Below, one piece after another: positions 1-11,900 of a DNA stretch of 64,000 bases; within the stretch, counting starts at the first letter, position 1, and each line of letters begins with the position of its first letter. Position numbers and translations under genes: made by a program. The DNA is from Callorhinchus milii (taxonomy: Eukaryota), in the NCBI RefSeq assembly GCF_018977255.1, contig NW_024704742.1:24182001-24246000 (forward strand), read 5' to 3'. The notes beneath the pieces are model-generated. The model saw nothing but the letters and a program-made list of their open reading frames with translations, was not told where the DNA came from and made no database searches.

Positions 1-266
1 CCAAGTTTGAAAAGGAGGAAAGGTGACTGAAGGATCAGTTGAAGAGGAAAGCCTTCAGGTGTGAATTGAAGACAGGCAATGAAGTGGCAAGACAAAGGGA
101 TTGAGGCTGGGAGCTCCAGAGATTTGGGGCTTAGTGTTAGATGGTTCCTCGGTTTAGTGTCTCATTCAGACAACAATGTAGCACATTCCCAACATTGCAG
201 TGTCAGCCCCGACCATGAGTTTAAAATCCTGACCTGGATCTTTAAAGCACAACTTCTGACTCAGAG

Positions 267-594
267 ATAATAATAATAATAATAATAATCCTTGCATTTG
301 ATATAGCGCTTTTCACGTCGGGAGGACGTCCCAAAGCGCTTCACAGAATATACTGTAAAGTGAATTGACTGTATATTTGTGGGCGAACGCGGCAGCCAAA
401 TGCGCACAGCAATGTCCCACAAACAGTCGTAGATTGAAAATGACCAATTTATTATTGTTTTTTGGGTTTTTTGGAGGGATTATTATTAGGCGTGTGGAGT
501 AAGGAAACTTGCCCAAGGTTTCGCCCTGCCTGGAATTGAACCCAGGTGTCTTGCTTGCAAAGCAAGTGCTCTAACCACTGAGCTACAGGACTCC
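267..594 (-). mobile_element. Full-length tRNA-derived SINE (young subfamily) with L2-type 3' tail
   Basis: Minus strand reads GGAGTCCTGTAGCTCAGTGGTTAGAGCAC (A-box, tRNA-like head), GGTTCAATTCC (B-box), CCTTGGGCAAG, then the tail TGTGAAGCGCTTTGGGACGTCCTCCCGACGTGAAAAGCGCTATATCAAATGCAAGGA(TTA)n; many homologous copies in the window. Confidence 0.9.
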
Positions 595-1644
595 ACATGA
601 GATGAGAGCGCAACCAATTGAGCGAGACTGAACATAAACACATGCAATGATTGTAAATCCAAACTACTCAGATCTTCTTTAAAGGAAGTGTGTATTACCT
701 CTCCGGTGATTCATTGTGTAAAAGCTTTGGCTTTTCCTATACTGTGCCAGGAAGGTTCTGAGTTTATTTCCAGGTCTGTACTGTTAACAAATCTTAGCTG
801 GCAAACAGTGGAGCATCACAATTGGCCTCAGCGCTTCTAGACTCGGGAGGAGAAACAGATTAGCCAAGGTTTCTGCTACCCAGTCTCTGCTGCCTGAACA
901 TTTGTGTGACAACGAGATTGAATTTGGCAGTGATATCCTACATGAACAGCCTGCCAACTCAGTAATAAATAAAGTGACATCCACTGAATAAGGCTTGGTG
1001 AAGCGTCAGATCTTTGTTCTTGAAGTTGGACATTTAGGCCTCCCATGTGAATAGCTTTACTCAGGCAAACAAGTGACATTTTTACTCATCTCTTTGATTG
1101 TAAGTAATGTGTTATCCAGCAACATCTAACAGATTGGTTACACGTTTGTGACAACTATGAAACGCTTTTATAAACTGTTTGATGACCAAACAAATGCGAA
1201 GCATTTCCTCTGTGCTGCAGAGTGTTGTGTTGTAATGGTGTGTGGTAATTTTGTGAATGGGCAGAATGTTAGAGGTGATGAGGATTCTGGGCATGGTTTC
1301 TGCTCCCTAACGCTGGTGAACTTTCTGCTTCATGCTTGTAAGAGTAGATTGAAACATTTGCTAATGTCAGTTGACAGTGGTCAACATTGTCTTGTCTGTA
1401 CACTTTCCTCTTTTTACAACTTTGCAAATGAAAGGATGTTCTTTTGATAGGTTAAGTGGTTTGCTTCTGGTGGCTAAAGTGGTACATGTAAATTCAGTTG
1501 CCTGCTTGCCTGTATGTCTTGATATATTTTGCATTGCGGAAATTATTTCTATTGTTAGTTTTTTGGTCTCTTTATAGTCAGCATGATGTTGCAGAAAATG
1601 CTGTACAGATTTTTTTTGGAATGTTTACATCAGGACTTTTAGCT

Positions 1645-1938
1645 CATGGTCTAGGCTGACACTCAAGTGCTGCATTAACAGAGATGCAGTCATTTGGATG
1701 AGACGTTGAGCCAAAGTCATTATAAATCCCATGGCACAATTGGCAGTTTCTCCCACTGTCCTTGCCAATATTCCACTCTCTTCATGAGCTGCATGAGCTT
1801 CATGAGCTGGTACATACCTGTGAGCAAATTGGCTGCTGCATTTGCATATAAATACACTTTACAGAAAACTCTGTGAAGCACCTTGCAACTTTTCGATGTG
1901 ATAAGGCACTATATCAAATGCAAGGATTATTATATTAT
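1645..1938 (+). mobile_element. Old, decayed Deu-domain-like SINE
   Basis: TTTGGATGAGACGTTGAGCC...ATCCCATGGCAC...TGTCCTTGCCAATATT resembles the Deu domain of AmnSINE1/SacSINE1-type SINEs (from memory); ends AAATTGGCTGC...TATCAAATGCAAGGATTATTAT. Confidence 0.6.
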
Positions 1939-2262
1939 ACAGTAATATCATCATTTTATCTGCCCATACTGCTTTTTTGACCAGCACCATGATAACAACT
2001 CACATTAACTCAACAAATAATGATAGTAACAAAACAAAGAGCAACAATGCAACGCATAAGCATCATTGAAAACTCACTGATAAACTAGGAGGAATTGTAG
2101 ATTGTAGATATTATTAAAAGAGTACATAGTCAATTATGGTGTTTTACGGCATCAAAAATGATACAAGGGAACCTCTCAGGTGCACTCCATATTGCTACAA
2201 TTTTATTAAATTATGTGTGACATGTTTTGGAAAAAAAGACACACAAACCCAATATTCTATTC

Positions 2263-2404
2263 TTCTTGCTGTGCGCAATTGGCTGCCGCGTTCGCCCACA
2301 AATATACAATCAATTCACTTTACAGTCTGTTCTGTGAAGCGCTTTGGGACGTCCACCCGACGTGAAAAGCGCTATATCAAATGCAAGGATTATTATTATT
2401 ATTA
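2263..2404 (+). mobile_element. 5'-truncated SINE (3' part)
   Basis: Near-identical to the 3' ~140 bp of the SINE at 21965-22286; (TTA)n tail. Confidence 0.85.
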
Positions 2405-2791
2405 CCAAATGCAAGTTTTAACCTGTTGATAGAGTCTTGTGTAACTTGCCACATTTTTTGAAACATGCTCAACATTGTTCTGCCGCTGCATGCAATGATG
2501 CAGATTGCATAACAGCAGATTCCCACGTATCAATTAGAACTGAGGTGCACCTAATTAACTATATGATTCTGGGTGTGCACTGGGATCATCTGCAGAACTG
2601 TATGTGTGCTGAGCAACATGTGGGTGAACTTAGGTTAGTAATGGTACTGTGAAAACAAGGCGACACCTCGTGGAGGCAAGGTAATGGTCCCAGATCAGCA
2701 AATAAAAGAGCAGTTTAAACCCTCTCCAGCTAACTCAAAACTCAGGGTATTTTGATTTCCTCTCCCTCCACCCACACATACTTTAAACACA

Positions 2792-2805
2792 GTTGCCGTG
2801 GTAAC
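2792..2805. promoter_or_regulatory. RFX X-box-like motif
   Basis: GTTGCCGTGGTAAC fits the RFX consensus GTNRCC(N0-3)RGYAAC; motif match only. Confidence 0.3.
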
Positions 2806-3611
2806 AGATTCCTCCCTTGAGTAAATCAGTGGAATATAAAAAACGACTTCAGACAGCAACTAATTCCCAACCCTGTTCTGTCAGCAAAAGCCAATGCGAA
2901 AAGCCTAGAGGTAGAGATTTAAGCAGAGGTTAGGTCACAGTAATGCCACAAAGGAAACAAGAGGGGAACCTGGTGCCAACTCAATTACTTCCTCGATATT
3001 GGAGCTACCTTTTGGTCGGTGACACTTTCAACAATATTAATCCTAATAATCTTTACAATTGATTTAGCGCTGGATTGCTTCAAAATGCTCAAAGCACTTC
3101 TCAGAGCATTTTGTACAGTGACTGTATATTTATAGGCAAAAACCTTTGGGTTGGAATTTGATGCAAAGTGGGTTTTATCAGCTTAATTTTGGAAGAATAT
3201 AATGGGTTCGATAAGCACTCCGGGACTCTATCCCGTGTGAAGGGTGCCATATAAATGTTGTTGTTGTAATTGTTGATATGCGTAGGACTTCTGTGTTTTG
3301 GGATTTAAAAATTTCATTTTTCAGGGTTTATTTTATTTGTAGCACTTTTCGAGTTCTAAATAATCGGGGGGCGGCTGCGGAGATCAAGGCTTTCAAAAGA
3401 TTTAAGATGTGCCTCTGCACATCGGGAGAGAGGCACCTTCCCTATGCACAGTGATTCCCTCCTCTCACATTTGTATGCAGAGTATGTGTTAGAACTGAGA
3501 TGCACATAATATATCCCCTCCCTGTGCGCAGGCATGTATGGTTTCACCAGGCGGAGAGCGAGAGCAACGCATGTGCAATAAAATAATAAAACACATCGTT
3601 ACAAAAAAATT

Positions 3612-3720
3612 TCACCCACAAAATACAGTCAATTCACTTTACAGTATATTCTGTTAAGCGCTTTGAGATGTCTAGAAGATTTGATAAGGCGCTTTTCCAA
3701 ATGCAAGGATTATTGTTATT
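3612..3720 (+). mobile_element. SINE 3' tail fragment
   Basis: CCCACAAAATACAGTCAATTCACTTTACAG...CAAATGCAAGGATTATTG. Confidence 0.8.
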
Positions 3721-3733
3721 ATATATTATAATA

Positions 3734-4014
3734 ATAACATTCCTTGCATTTGAGATAGCGCTTTTTACATCTTCTAGACGTCTCAAAGCGCTTCACAGAA
3801 TATGCTATAAAGTGAATTGACTGTATATTTGTGGGCGAAATGCAGCAGCCAATTGCGCACAGCAGTGTCCCACGAACAGTCGTGGATTGAAAATGACCAA
3901 TTTATTATTGTTTTGTTTTGGAGAGATTATTATTGGGTGTGTGGAGTAAGGAAACTTGCCCAAGGTTTCGCCCTGCCTGGAATCGAACCCAGGTGTCTCG
4001 CTTGCAAGGCGAGC
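3734..4014 (-). mobile_element. Slightly 5'-truncated SINE with 13-bp target-site duplication
   Basis: Same family as 267-594, lacking the first ~30 nt; ATATATTATAATA flanks it at 3721-3733 and 4015-4027. Confidence 0.85.
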
Positions 4015-4926
4015 ATATATTATAATATTATATTGAAAACAGTATTTACTGGATAAACACCAATTCCATTTTTTTCCCATTTTTTTTAAATTATTTTTTT
4101 CAGTTACAACTGAAAATCTGAAGCCCTAGATACAAGGTTAAAATTGAACATATTCCTGAATGCATTCTTTGTCTTAAGGAACATGACAAATTTTGTCTCG
4201 ATCTGCAGCAGGTGTTGAATCATTGTAAATAATAATAATTCCTACAAAATGTAGCTATTTTAGGAAGCTCAAGTATATTAAGAAAAGTAACATCCATTCA
4301 CATGTAAAGTGGTAGTGCTTTTGGTCTGGCTGACCCATCACCAAAAACCATTCAGAAATGATCTCTACAGAACAATTTAAACTGTAATAACATAATAATA
4401 ACAATAATAATAATAATCTTTGCATTTGATATGGTGCCTTATGTCGTTGAGATGTCTCAAAGCACTTCACAGGATATAATGTAAAGTGGATTGACTGTGT
4501 ACTTTGTGGGTGAAATTGTACATAAATAAGCAAACAGTCCATGTTTGGGCTTTCATTTTTATCTTTCACCATTATTTAAACCTTGATCTAATTTTACCCA
4601 CTTTGTGGCTTCACTGCCTCGGCTGAATGAGGAGTCAATGAGAAATATCAATCAATTCCTGGGTGTCCAGGAATGAGTAAGATTGATAGATCCAGGTACC
4701 TTGTCAGCGTCTGGTATTGGAAGTTGCTGCTGGGCTGTTTGTGTATTGGGAATAATGGAACTTCCTGTAGAGGTAAATAGGATTCGGGGGCAGGTCAAAC
4801 AAATGACAGGAGTGGGATCGAGATAAAATGTCAGATCTGAGCTGAACACTGATTCAACAACAACAAGCATTGATACAGCACCCCTCAAACAAGGTTGTGT
4901 CTGAGAATGCTTAAAGAAATGAAAAC

Positions 4927-4999
4927 CGACCACAGCAGGATTCGAACCTGCAATCTTCTGATTCGAAGTCAGACGCCTTATCCATTAGGCCACGCGGCC
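4927..4999 (-). tRNA. tRNA-Arg (anticodon TCG), variant or young pseudogene
   Basis: 73-nt GGCCGCGTGGCCTAATGGATAAGGCGTCTGACTTCGAATCAGAAGATTGCAGGTTCGAATCCTGCTGTGGTCG folds as a cloverleaf, with intact A/B boxes and a TTTT terminator 1 nt downstream (4922-4925); very close to vertebrate tRNA-Arg-TCG. Confidence 0.88.
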
Positions 5000-5487
5000 A
5001 GCTGGTTGATCTTGTGGTGGCTGAGCAGAATACACATAACTAGAAAAAAAAGTATGGTTCTCTGTCACTCAAGATTGTTATAATCAATATGCTTGAAGCT
5101 GACTGCTTGAGTGAAACTGTTCCAGTTGCACGGGCAAAGCTTCTCAATCAGATAAGCATAAGGCAGCATCCAATGTATTTTTTTAACATAGCCATTTATG
5201 CTTGTTTGACAATTTCATTTGAGATATTCCGTGATTGGATGAACTGCGCCAAGAAATCCGAGCAGGATTTATACGAGTCAGAATATGTGGAGAGTCTGAT
5301 ACCCTGCAGTAACTAATAATAATAATAATAATCCTTGCGTTTAATATAGCTCCTTATCAGATTATTGGAGATAACCACAACTAACAACATTCTCTTATTT
5401 ATGGGATGCACTGAGATAGGAAAACAACAGAGACCTTGCACATAGCCATGTATAGTACTGCTCCAGCTTTTACCAACAATCCAAACC

Positions 5488-5735
5488 ATAGAACCATTGA
5501 AAGATACAGAATAGAAGGAGGCCATTTGGCCCATAATGCATGTGCTGGTGTTCTGAAAAAGCAACTCATTTAGTCCCATTCTTCAGCCTTTTCCCTGTAT
5601 CCTTTTGTATTACTCTTTTTCAGATATGCACCTAATTCCTTCCTAAAAGCTAATATAGATTCTGTCTCTAACACTAATATACCACCATTCTAGGTTGGGC
5701 ATTCAGTGTCCTATGTGTAAAAATGTTTTCCTAAC
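5488..5735 (-). mobile_element. Decayed CR1-type LINE 3' end
   Basis: ATAGAACC...ATACAGAATAGAAGGAGGCCATTTGGCCCAT is homologous to the CR1 3' end at 41536. Confidence 0.55.
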
Positions 5736-5755
5736 TTATCCCCTTAAATTGTTGG

Positions 5756-7162
5756 ATAACAAGAACAACAACGTATATTCATATAGCGCCCTTCACATGG
5801 GATAATGTCCCGGAGTACTTCATAATGGCGGAGTCTGACAACAAGCCGCGATGAAGTGTAGATGGTGTGAAAGGTAGGACCTGAACCAGTCAAGGACAGA
5901 ACCTTGAAGGTTGAGGTGGGAGGAGCGGCGATGGAGGAGGATTGAGTGGTCCACAGTGTCAAATGCGGTGAAGAGGTTGAGGAGGATGAGAAGGCAGAGA
6001 GAGCCCTGGTCACACATGGTCAGGATGTTGTTTGTGACCTTGACCAGAGCAGTTTCTGTGCTGTGGGCAGCACGGAAATCCAATTGGAGGGATTCATAGA
6101 GGGAGTGAGATGAGAGTAAAGAGCGGACCTGGGAGCCTCTCAAGGACCTTGGATAGGAAGGGGAGATTTGAGATGGGCCGGTAGCTAGATAGCTGTGATG
6201 GGTCAAGGGAAGGTTTCTTCAAGGTGGGGGTGATAATGGCTGTTTTAAAAGGGGAAGGAACAGTGCCAGATGACAGGGAGAGGTTGATGATGTCGGCGAG
6301 TAGTGGGGCAAGGAGGTGGAGCTAGAATTTAAGGAGAGGGATGTGGATGGGGTCCAGGGAGCAGGTGGTGGGCTTCATGGAGGTTACAGTGGTGAAGACA
6401 GAGGAGGGGGTGACAGGTTCAAAGGTGTGGAAGGAGGGATGGGTAGTTATCGGAGTGTGGGGTGGGGGTAGTGAGGGAGTGGAAGTTGGGAGGGCAGTGG
6501 CAACTGAGTGGATTCCCTCGATTTTGGACTCGAGGAAGTTCAGCATTTCCTCGCAATGAGAGTCAGAGGAAAGAATCTGCGAGGTGTGGCGGGGAGGGCA
6601 GAGGAGCTGGTTGGTGATGAAGAACAGGAGCCTGGGGTTGTCCTTTACTTCCAGGATTCATCTGGAATAGAAGGATGATTTGGCTGATGATTTGGGCCAG
6701 AGGGGGAGGAGATCAGAGGACTCCAGGGCAGTGGAGTGGGATTGCGACGTGAAAGGCGCTCTATAAATGGAATCTTGTTATTGTTATTGTTGTTGTTGAG
6801 GTGAGAGCGGAGCGGTAGGTCTTGATGAGGTCCAGCCAGAAGTGGCGATGGACCATTAGGCCGGATTTGAGCCAAGTGCATTCGGCGGCCCGCACCTGAC
6901 CCTTAAGCGAGGGATGGTGGCTGGTGAACCACGGTGAGGATCAGGAATAGGAGGCAATTTGGGAGGTGAGGGGAGCAAGGGCATCGAGTGTGGTGGAGAG
7001 GGTGTTGTGGAGAAGAGTAAGAGTAAGAGCAGCGCAGCGAGTGGGTTGGTGCTAGAGGTGGGCCAGAGGGGGAGGAGATCAGAGGACTCCAGGGCAATAG
7101 AGTGGGATTGCGGGGAGATCTTCTTCCACGGGTGGAAGAAGATGGTGGTAGGTTTGGTGTGG
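5756..7162 (-). mobile_element. L2-clade LINE fragment (ORF2 linker and N-terminal RT), internally deleted, with 3' tail
   Basis: Translations [48 protein letters not shown]; tail GGCGCTATATGAATATACG(TTG)n at ~5756-5800; frameshifted. Confidence 0.88.
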
Positions 7163-8927
7163 TCCCACACTCCGACTCCTACCCATCCTCCCCTACACAC
7201 CTTCGTACCCGTTTCCCCACCCTCTGTCACTAAACTCATCCTCTCCCTGAAACCTACCACCTGCTCCCTTGACCCCATCCCCACTCCACTCCTTATCTCT
7301 CAGCTCCACCTCCTTGCCCCACATATCACAGACATCGTCAACCTGTCCCTCTCCTCTGGCTCTATTCCCATTCCCTTAAAAACTGCCACCATCACTCCCA
7401 CCTTAAAAAAACCCTCCCTTGATGCGTCGCAGCTATCAAGCTACCGGCCCATCTCCAACCTCCCCTTCCTATCCAAGGTCCTGGAACGAGTTGTCGCCTC
7501 CCAGCTGCGCTCTTTCCTCTCCAACCATTCACTATTCGAACCCCTTCAATCGGGTTTCCGTGCTGCCCATAGCACAGAAACTGCCCTGGTCAAGGTCACC
7601 AATGACATCCTGACCATCTGTGACCAGGGCTCCCTCTGCCTCCTCGTCCTCCTCGACCTATCGGCAGCATTCGATACGGTCGACCACGCTATCCTCCTCC
7701 ACCGCTTGTCCTCCCACCTAAACCTTCAAGGCCCTGTCCTTGAGTGGTTTAGGTCGTACCTCTCCCACCGTCTTCACTTTGTCTCCACAAATGGTTTTTC
7801 CTCCGGCCCCCGCACTGTCTCGTGTGGTGTCCCTCAGGGCTCTGTCCTCGGTCCCCTCCTCTTCACCCTCTATATGCTCCCCCTTGGTGACATCATCCGC
7901 AGACATGGGGTTAACTTCCACATGTATGCGGATGACACCCAACTCTACCTTTCCTCCTCTACCCTCAACTCCACGACCACCGATGTCCTGACAGCTGCCT
8001 GTCTGTCCGACATCGAGTCCTGGATGAGAGATAACTTTCTCCAGCTCAATGTGCGCAAAACTGAGGCCCTCCTGATTGGCTCACGTCAGCGCCTCCGCAC
8101 CTCAGGCGCTGACAGCATCAGCATCCAAGGCTGCACTCTCCACCTCTCAAAGCCAGTCAGGAACCTCGGCGTTCTGTTCGACCCTGAGCTGTCCTTTCTC
8201 CCTCATATCCGCGCCACAACTGGCACCGCCTTCCATCACCTCCGGAATGTCGCCAGACTACGGCACTACCTCACCCCTCACGCTGCTGAAACTCTGGTCC
8301 ACGCCTTTATCACCTCAAGGCTGGACTATGGGAACTCTCTCCTCGCCGGCCTTCCCGGCACCTCCCTCCACAAGCTGCAGGTCATTCAGAACTCTGCAGC
8401 TCGTGTACTGTCCCGCACCAGGCTTCGGACCACATCACTCCCACCCTCGCTCGCCTCCACTGGCTCCCCATCCCCCAGAGGATCGAATTCAAGATCCTCA
8501 TCCTCACCTACAAGGCCATTCACGGCCTTGCTCCCTCCTACCTCTCCGACCTACTATCCCCCTACCTACCTGCCCGTACCCTCCGTTCCTCTGGCTCCGG
8601 TCTGCTCCACATCCCCCCCCCAACCGCCCTACCATCGGTGGCCTGGCCTTCAGCCTCTCAGCCCCGAGGCTCTGGAACTCTATCCCCCAGTGCCTTCGCC
8701 GCCTCCTCCCTTTCCTCCTTCAAGGCCGGTCTCAAGACCTTTCTCTTTGACCGTGCCTTCAGCTCCCCTCTCGACTCTCTACCCCCTCCTCGCTCCCTCC
8801 CTTCCCTCCCCTCACCCTGACCATTTCCCCCTGCTCGGGTCCTGACCCAACTGTACAGCGCCTTGGGACGTCCTCCCGACGTGAAAGGCGCTCAATAAAT
8901 GGAATCTTGTTGTTGTTGTTGTTGTTG
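7163..8927 (+). mobile_element. L2-clade LINE, 5'-truncated, near-intact reverse transcriptase domain
   Basis: ORF 6959-8845 contains [70 protein letters not shown]; frameshift near 8430; 3' stem-loop GCGCCTT...AAGGCGC and (TTG)n tail. Confidence 0.95.
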
Positions 8928-11900
8928 AAAGCCAGCCGCTCTGGGATAATTAGTTTGAATCTATGTATTTGGTGAGAGATGACAAGGATATTTTGATGGA
9001 AGATGATTAAAGATCCCTCAATTCCAATGCAAATGTTTCTGATACACCCACCAGATATATGTGTTGTGTGATGGCATTTAGTAGACAGAATGTATTCTGC
9101 CAAGCCAAGAGTAAAAGTAAGATCAAGCTAGAGGACATTAACTGCTACAATCTCTCAAAGAAAGGATTGCTGCTGTCCATGTTCATTGAGCACGTGACAG
9201 GTACATGGCACAATTAAATACAGCGGCCTCTTGCAGAACCTCTTAGCTTTTGTTGTGATCCTGGGAAATGAGCAAGTATGTGGACGCTGACTTATGTCTG
9301 GCTCAGACTCTCAGACTCTTTTATCAATACAGAACATGGTTATTTGCAATTGCAGAATCTGATTGCATTCTGGAAGAAGCTGACATCTTCACTGCCCCTG
9401 AAAAAAATGGTCTGGCAGAACAATCCTTGTATGAGCTACCAGTGATGCTCTGGGTTGTTGCACTGCTTTATGATGCCTGTATTCCACTATGATGCCAGTA
9501 CTGTTCTGTTATGAGGTCAGTACTTCCCTGGGAAGTCAGGCCAGAAAGGCCCTGTGATGCCAGTAATGTCCGCCAATGCCTTCTCTGCCCTGCGACGCCA
9601 TCACTACTCTTTTCTGCTCTGTGGATGTTACCTGGGCTGATTCTACCACTTGTTTTGTGATTCTAACATTTGTTTCCCTGGTGATGGATCCTATGCTTCT
9701 TGCAGTTGCTGTCAAAGTGGCCCTGAAGTATTTTCAGAAGAAAACACAATTATGAAAAATATATTACGAGCAAAGCAAGAGAGAGATGCTTTTTTAATAT
9801 CATTGAAACGAGTGTGGCATGAAGGTAGGATTATTAAGATAGATGATATACAGGAGACTAATTAACTATGAAACCTGTGCAGTATAATGTTCTTACAGTG
9901 TGACAAGTGATTTTTCGGCGACACACGCAAACTCACTTTAAGTTCGCACCTCCAACTCCTCTCCTCTCTTGAGCACTGGCTTACCTATCTCTCAATAAAG
10001 GCTACAGTTCTTTGGTAATTATCAATTGGCAAAACCTGTTTTTCTTGCTGTACACATTTTTTTTGATGCACTTAAATCATTTTTGTTATTATTTTCTCAA
10101 GACATTAACCCGCCCCCTTGACCATTTCTGAAAGTCTCAACTCTCTTGTTGGGGCTTGTTCCAAGAGTATCAGCGGCGTTCAAGCTCTCCGAAATGCTAC
10201 CGAGCGTGAAGGCCGCTATGTAAATGCAAATTCTTGTTGTTGTTTGCTGAAGTGGCAACTCTTCCTGTGTGATCCTGGGCAATCAGTGTCAATGGGATAT
10301 TCAGCTATGAAAGCAAATAGTTGAGCACCATCCTGCCCTCACATGCCATCCCCCACTCAGCGTTTCCAGTGTATTAAGAACAAGTTCACACTGGATTGTG
10401 GTTTTCCCAACTGTGTCATGGGTGGTGATGGTATTCAAGTAACTTCACAGCCCTTTGCACTCTCACAGTTGGAGCATTATGTTCTGTGGTTCCATACCAT
10501 TTCAGTATTGCATTCTTAACAAATTTTATCTCCAAATAACAAGCTACATGCATAGAATCATAGAATCATAGAATATTACAGCACTGAAGGAGGCCATTCT
10601 TTTATATTTTATATATTTGCTTCTTTTATGTTTTGGAAGAAGGCATTTCCAGCACCTACCGCCAATGAGGTCTAATAAGTGTGGTCTCCTTGGAGCTGAC
10701 CTCGCTCCAAAGTGAGCTGTGTTTCAATGCCAAAGCTTTAGCAAAACAGTAAATAGACTGGGGACTGCAGGTTAGATCAAGTAATCTGAGGTGGGGCACA
10801 GTTTTGTGGGGGTAAACACAGCCCAGCCTTACGAAATCCAGCCCAGCAACCAATCAAACTGAATCAAACCCAGCACAGAGCAATACGGCCCAACCCACCG
10901 AAATGAACCAAACCAAAGTCTTAACCTCCCAGCTGCTCCTCTCTTCCAGCCGTTCACTGCTCTGTCTCTCACAAGGTTGTACGAAAAACAGAGACGAGGT
11001 TGACATCTTTACCGATCAGCTGTGCCTCTCTTCCTGTCATTCTCCTCATATGAGGCAGCATGGAGAGTGACAGGAAGGGGGAAGGAGCGGGAGGTATGAG
11101 TCGTAGAATATCTGGGGCCCCCTCAGACCTTGGGGTACTAAGCCATGGTTTTTCTGGTTTATTGGCTAATCCGGCCATGTTGTGGTGTCTCTGAGAGTTC
11201 GAATTAGGGAATTTTTGTCCTGTAAGCTCTCTACTTCCTACCCACAAACTAGAAGAGACATTCATCTCATCAGTCTGAGGCAGAATTAATACTGTGCCCA
11301 CAAAGCAGAAAGGACAGTGTACCGATCCACTGAACCAAGTTCTCACACCCATCTCCTCATCAGGGGAGAACTATAACTATAAGCAATGTAAAATGAAGAT
11401 ACTGTTAAAAGCTGTCAGCTGGTTTCAGTGTCTGAGTTCATGTGTTGGTGCAGGTGGTTGACTGAAACCTCCTCTGACCTCTGGAAGTATTTGGGCAAGT
11501 GAAGCATTCTAGGGACTTAACACGCATTCAAAGGAATCTCTGGGCAGATATCAGTCGTGATTTAATTACCGATATGAAGCAGAGCACTGGAACCTGAGAG
11601 GGGGAGAAAAAGATGACATTGGATCCTCGTGGCATCTTTGTAGTGCTACATACTGAGCATTTGCGTCAGGACGGAATTAATGATTAAATGTCAGGAAGGG
11701 AACAGTGTGCAAAACAATCCCTGTCTTCATTCGAAAGAAATGTCTGTGCCATTGCAGTGATATGCTCACCTCATCAAAGGAAAAGTTAAGAGTTGGGGGT
11801 GGGGGGAGGAGGGAAATCAGGCCAAAGATTTCACAATTTGGATTCCACTCAAAGCAATAAGTCTGTGTTTCTTTTAGAATTTCTAGCAGCAGTTTTTATT

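Noticed and set aside
6959..8845. 628-aa ORF as a host gene or active LINE ORF2
   Set aside because: 5'-truncated L2 without endonuclease; N-terminus is antisense L2 and the C-terminus is frameshifted
10969..11352. 127-aa minus ORF with possible donor (CTT|GTGAGA) near 10972
   Set aside because: No recognisable homology or supporting neighbouring exons
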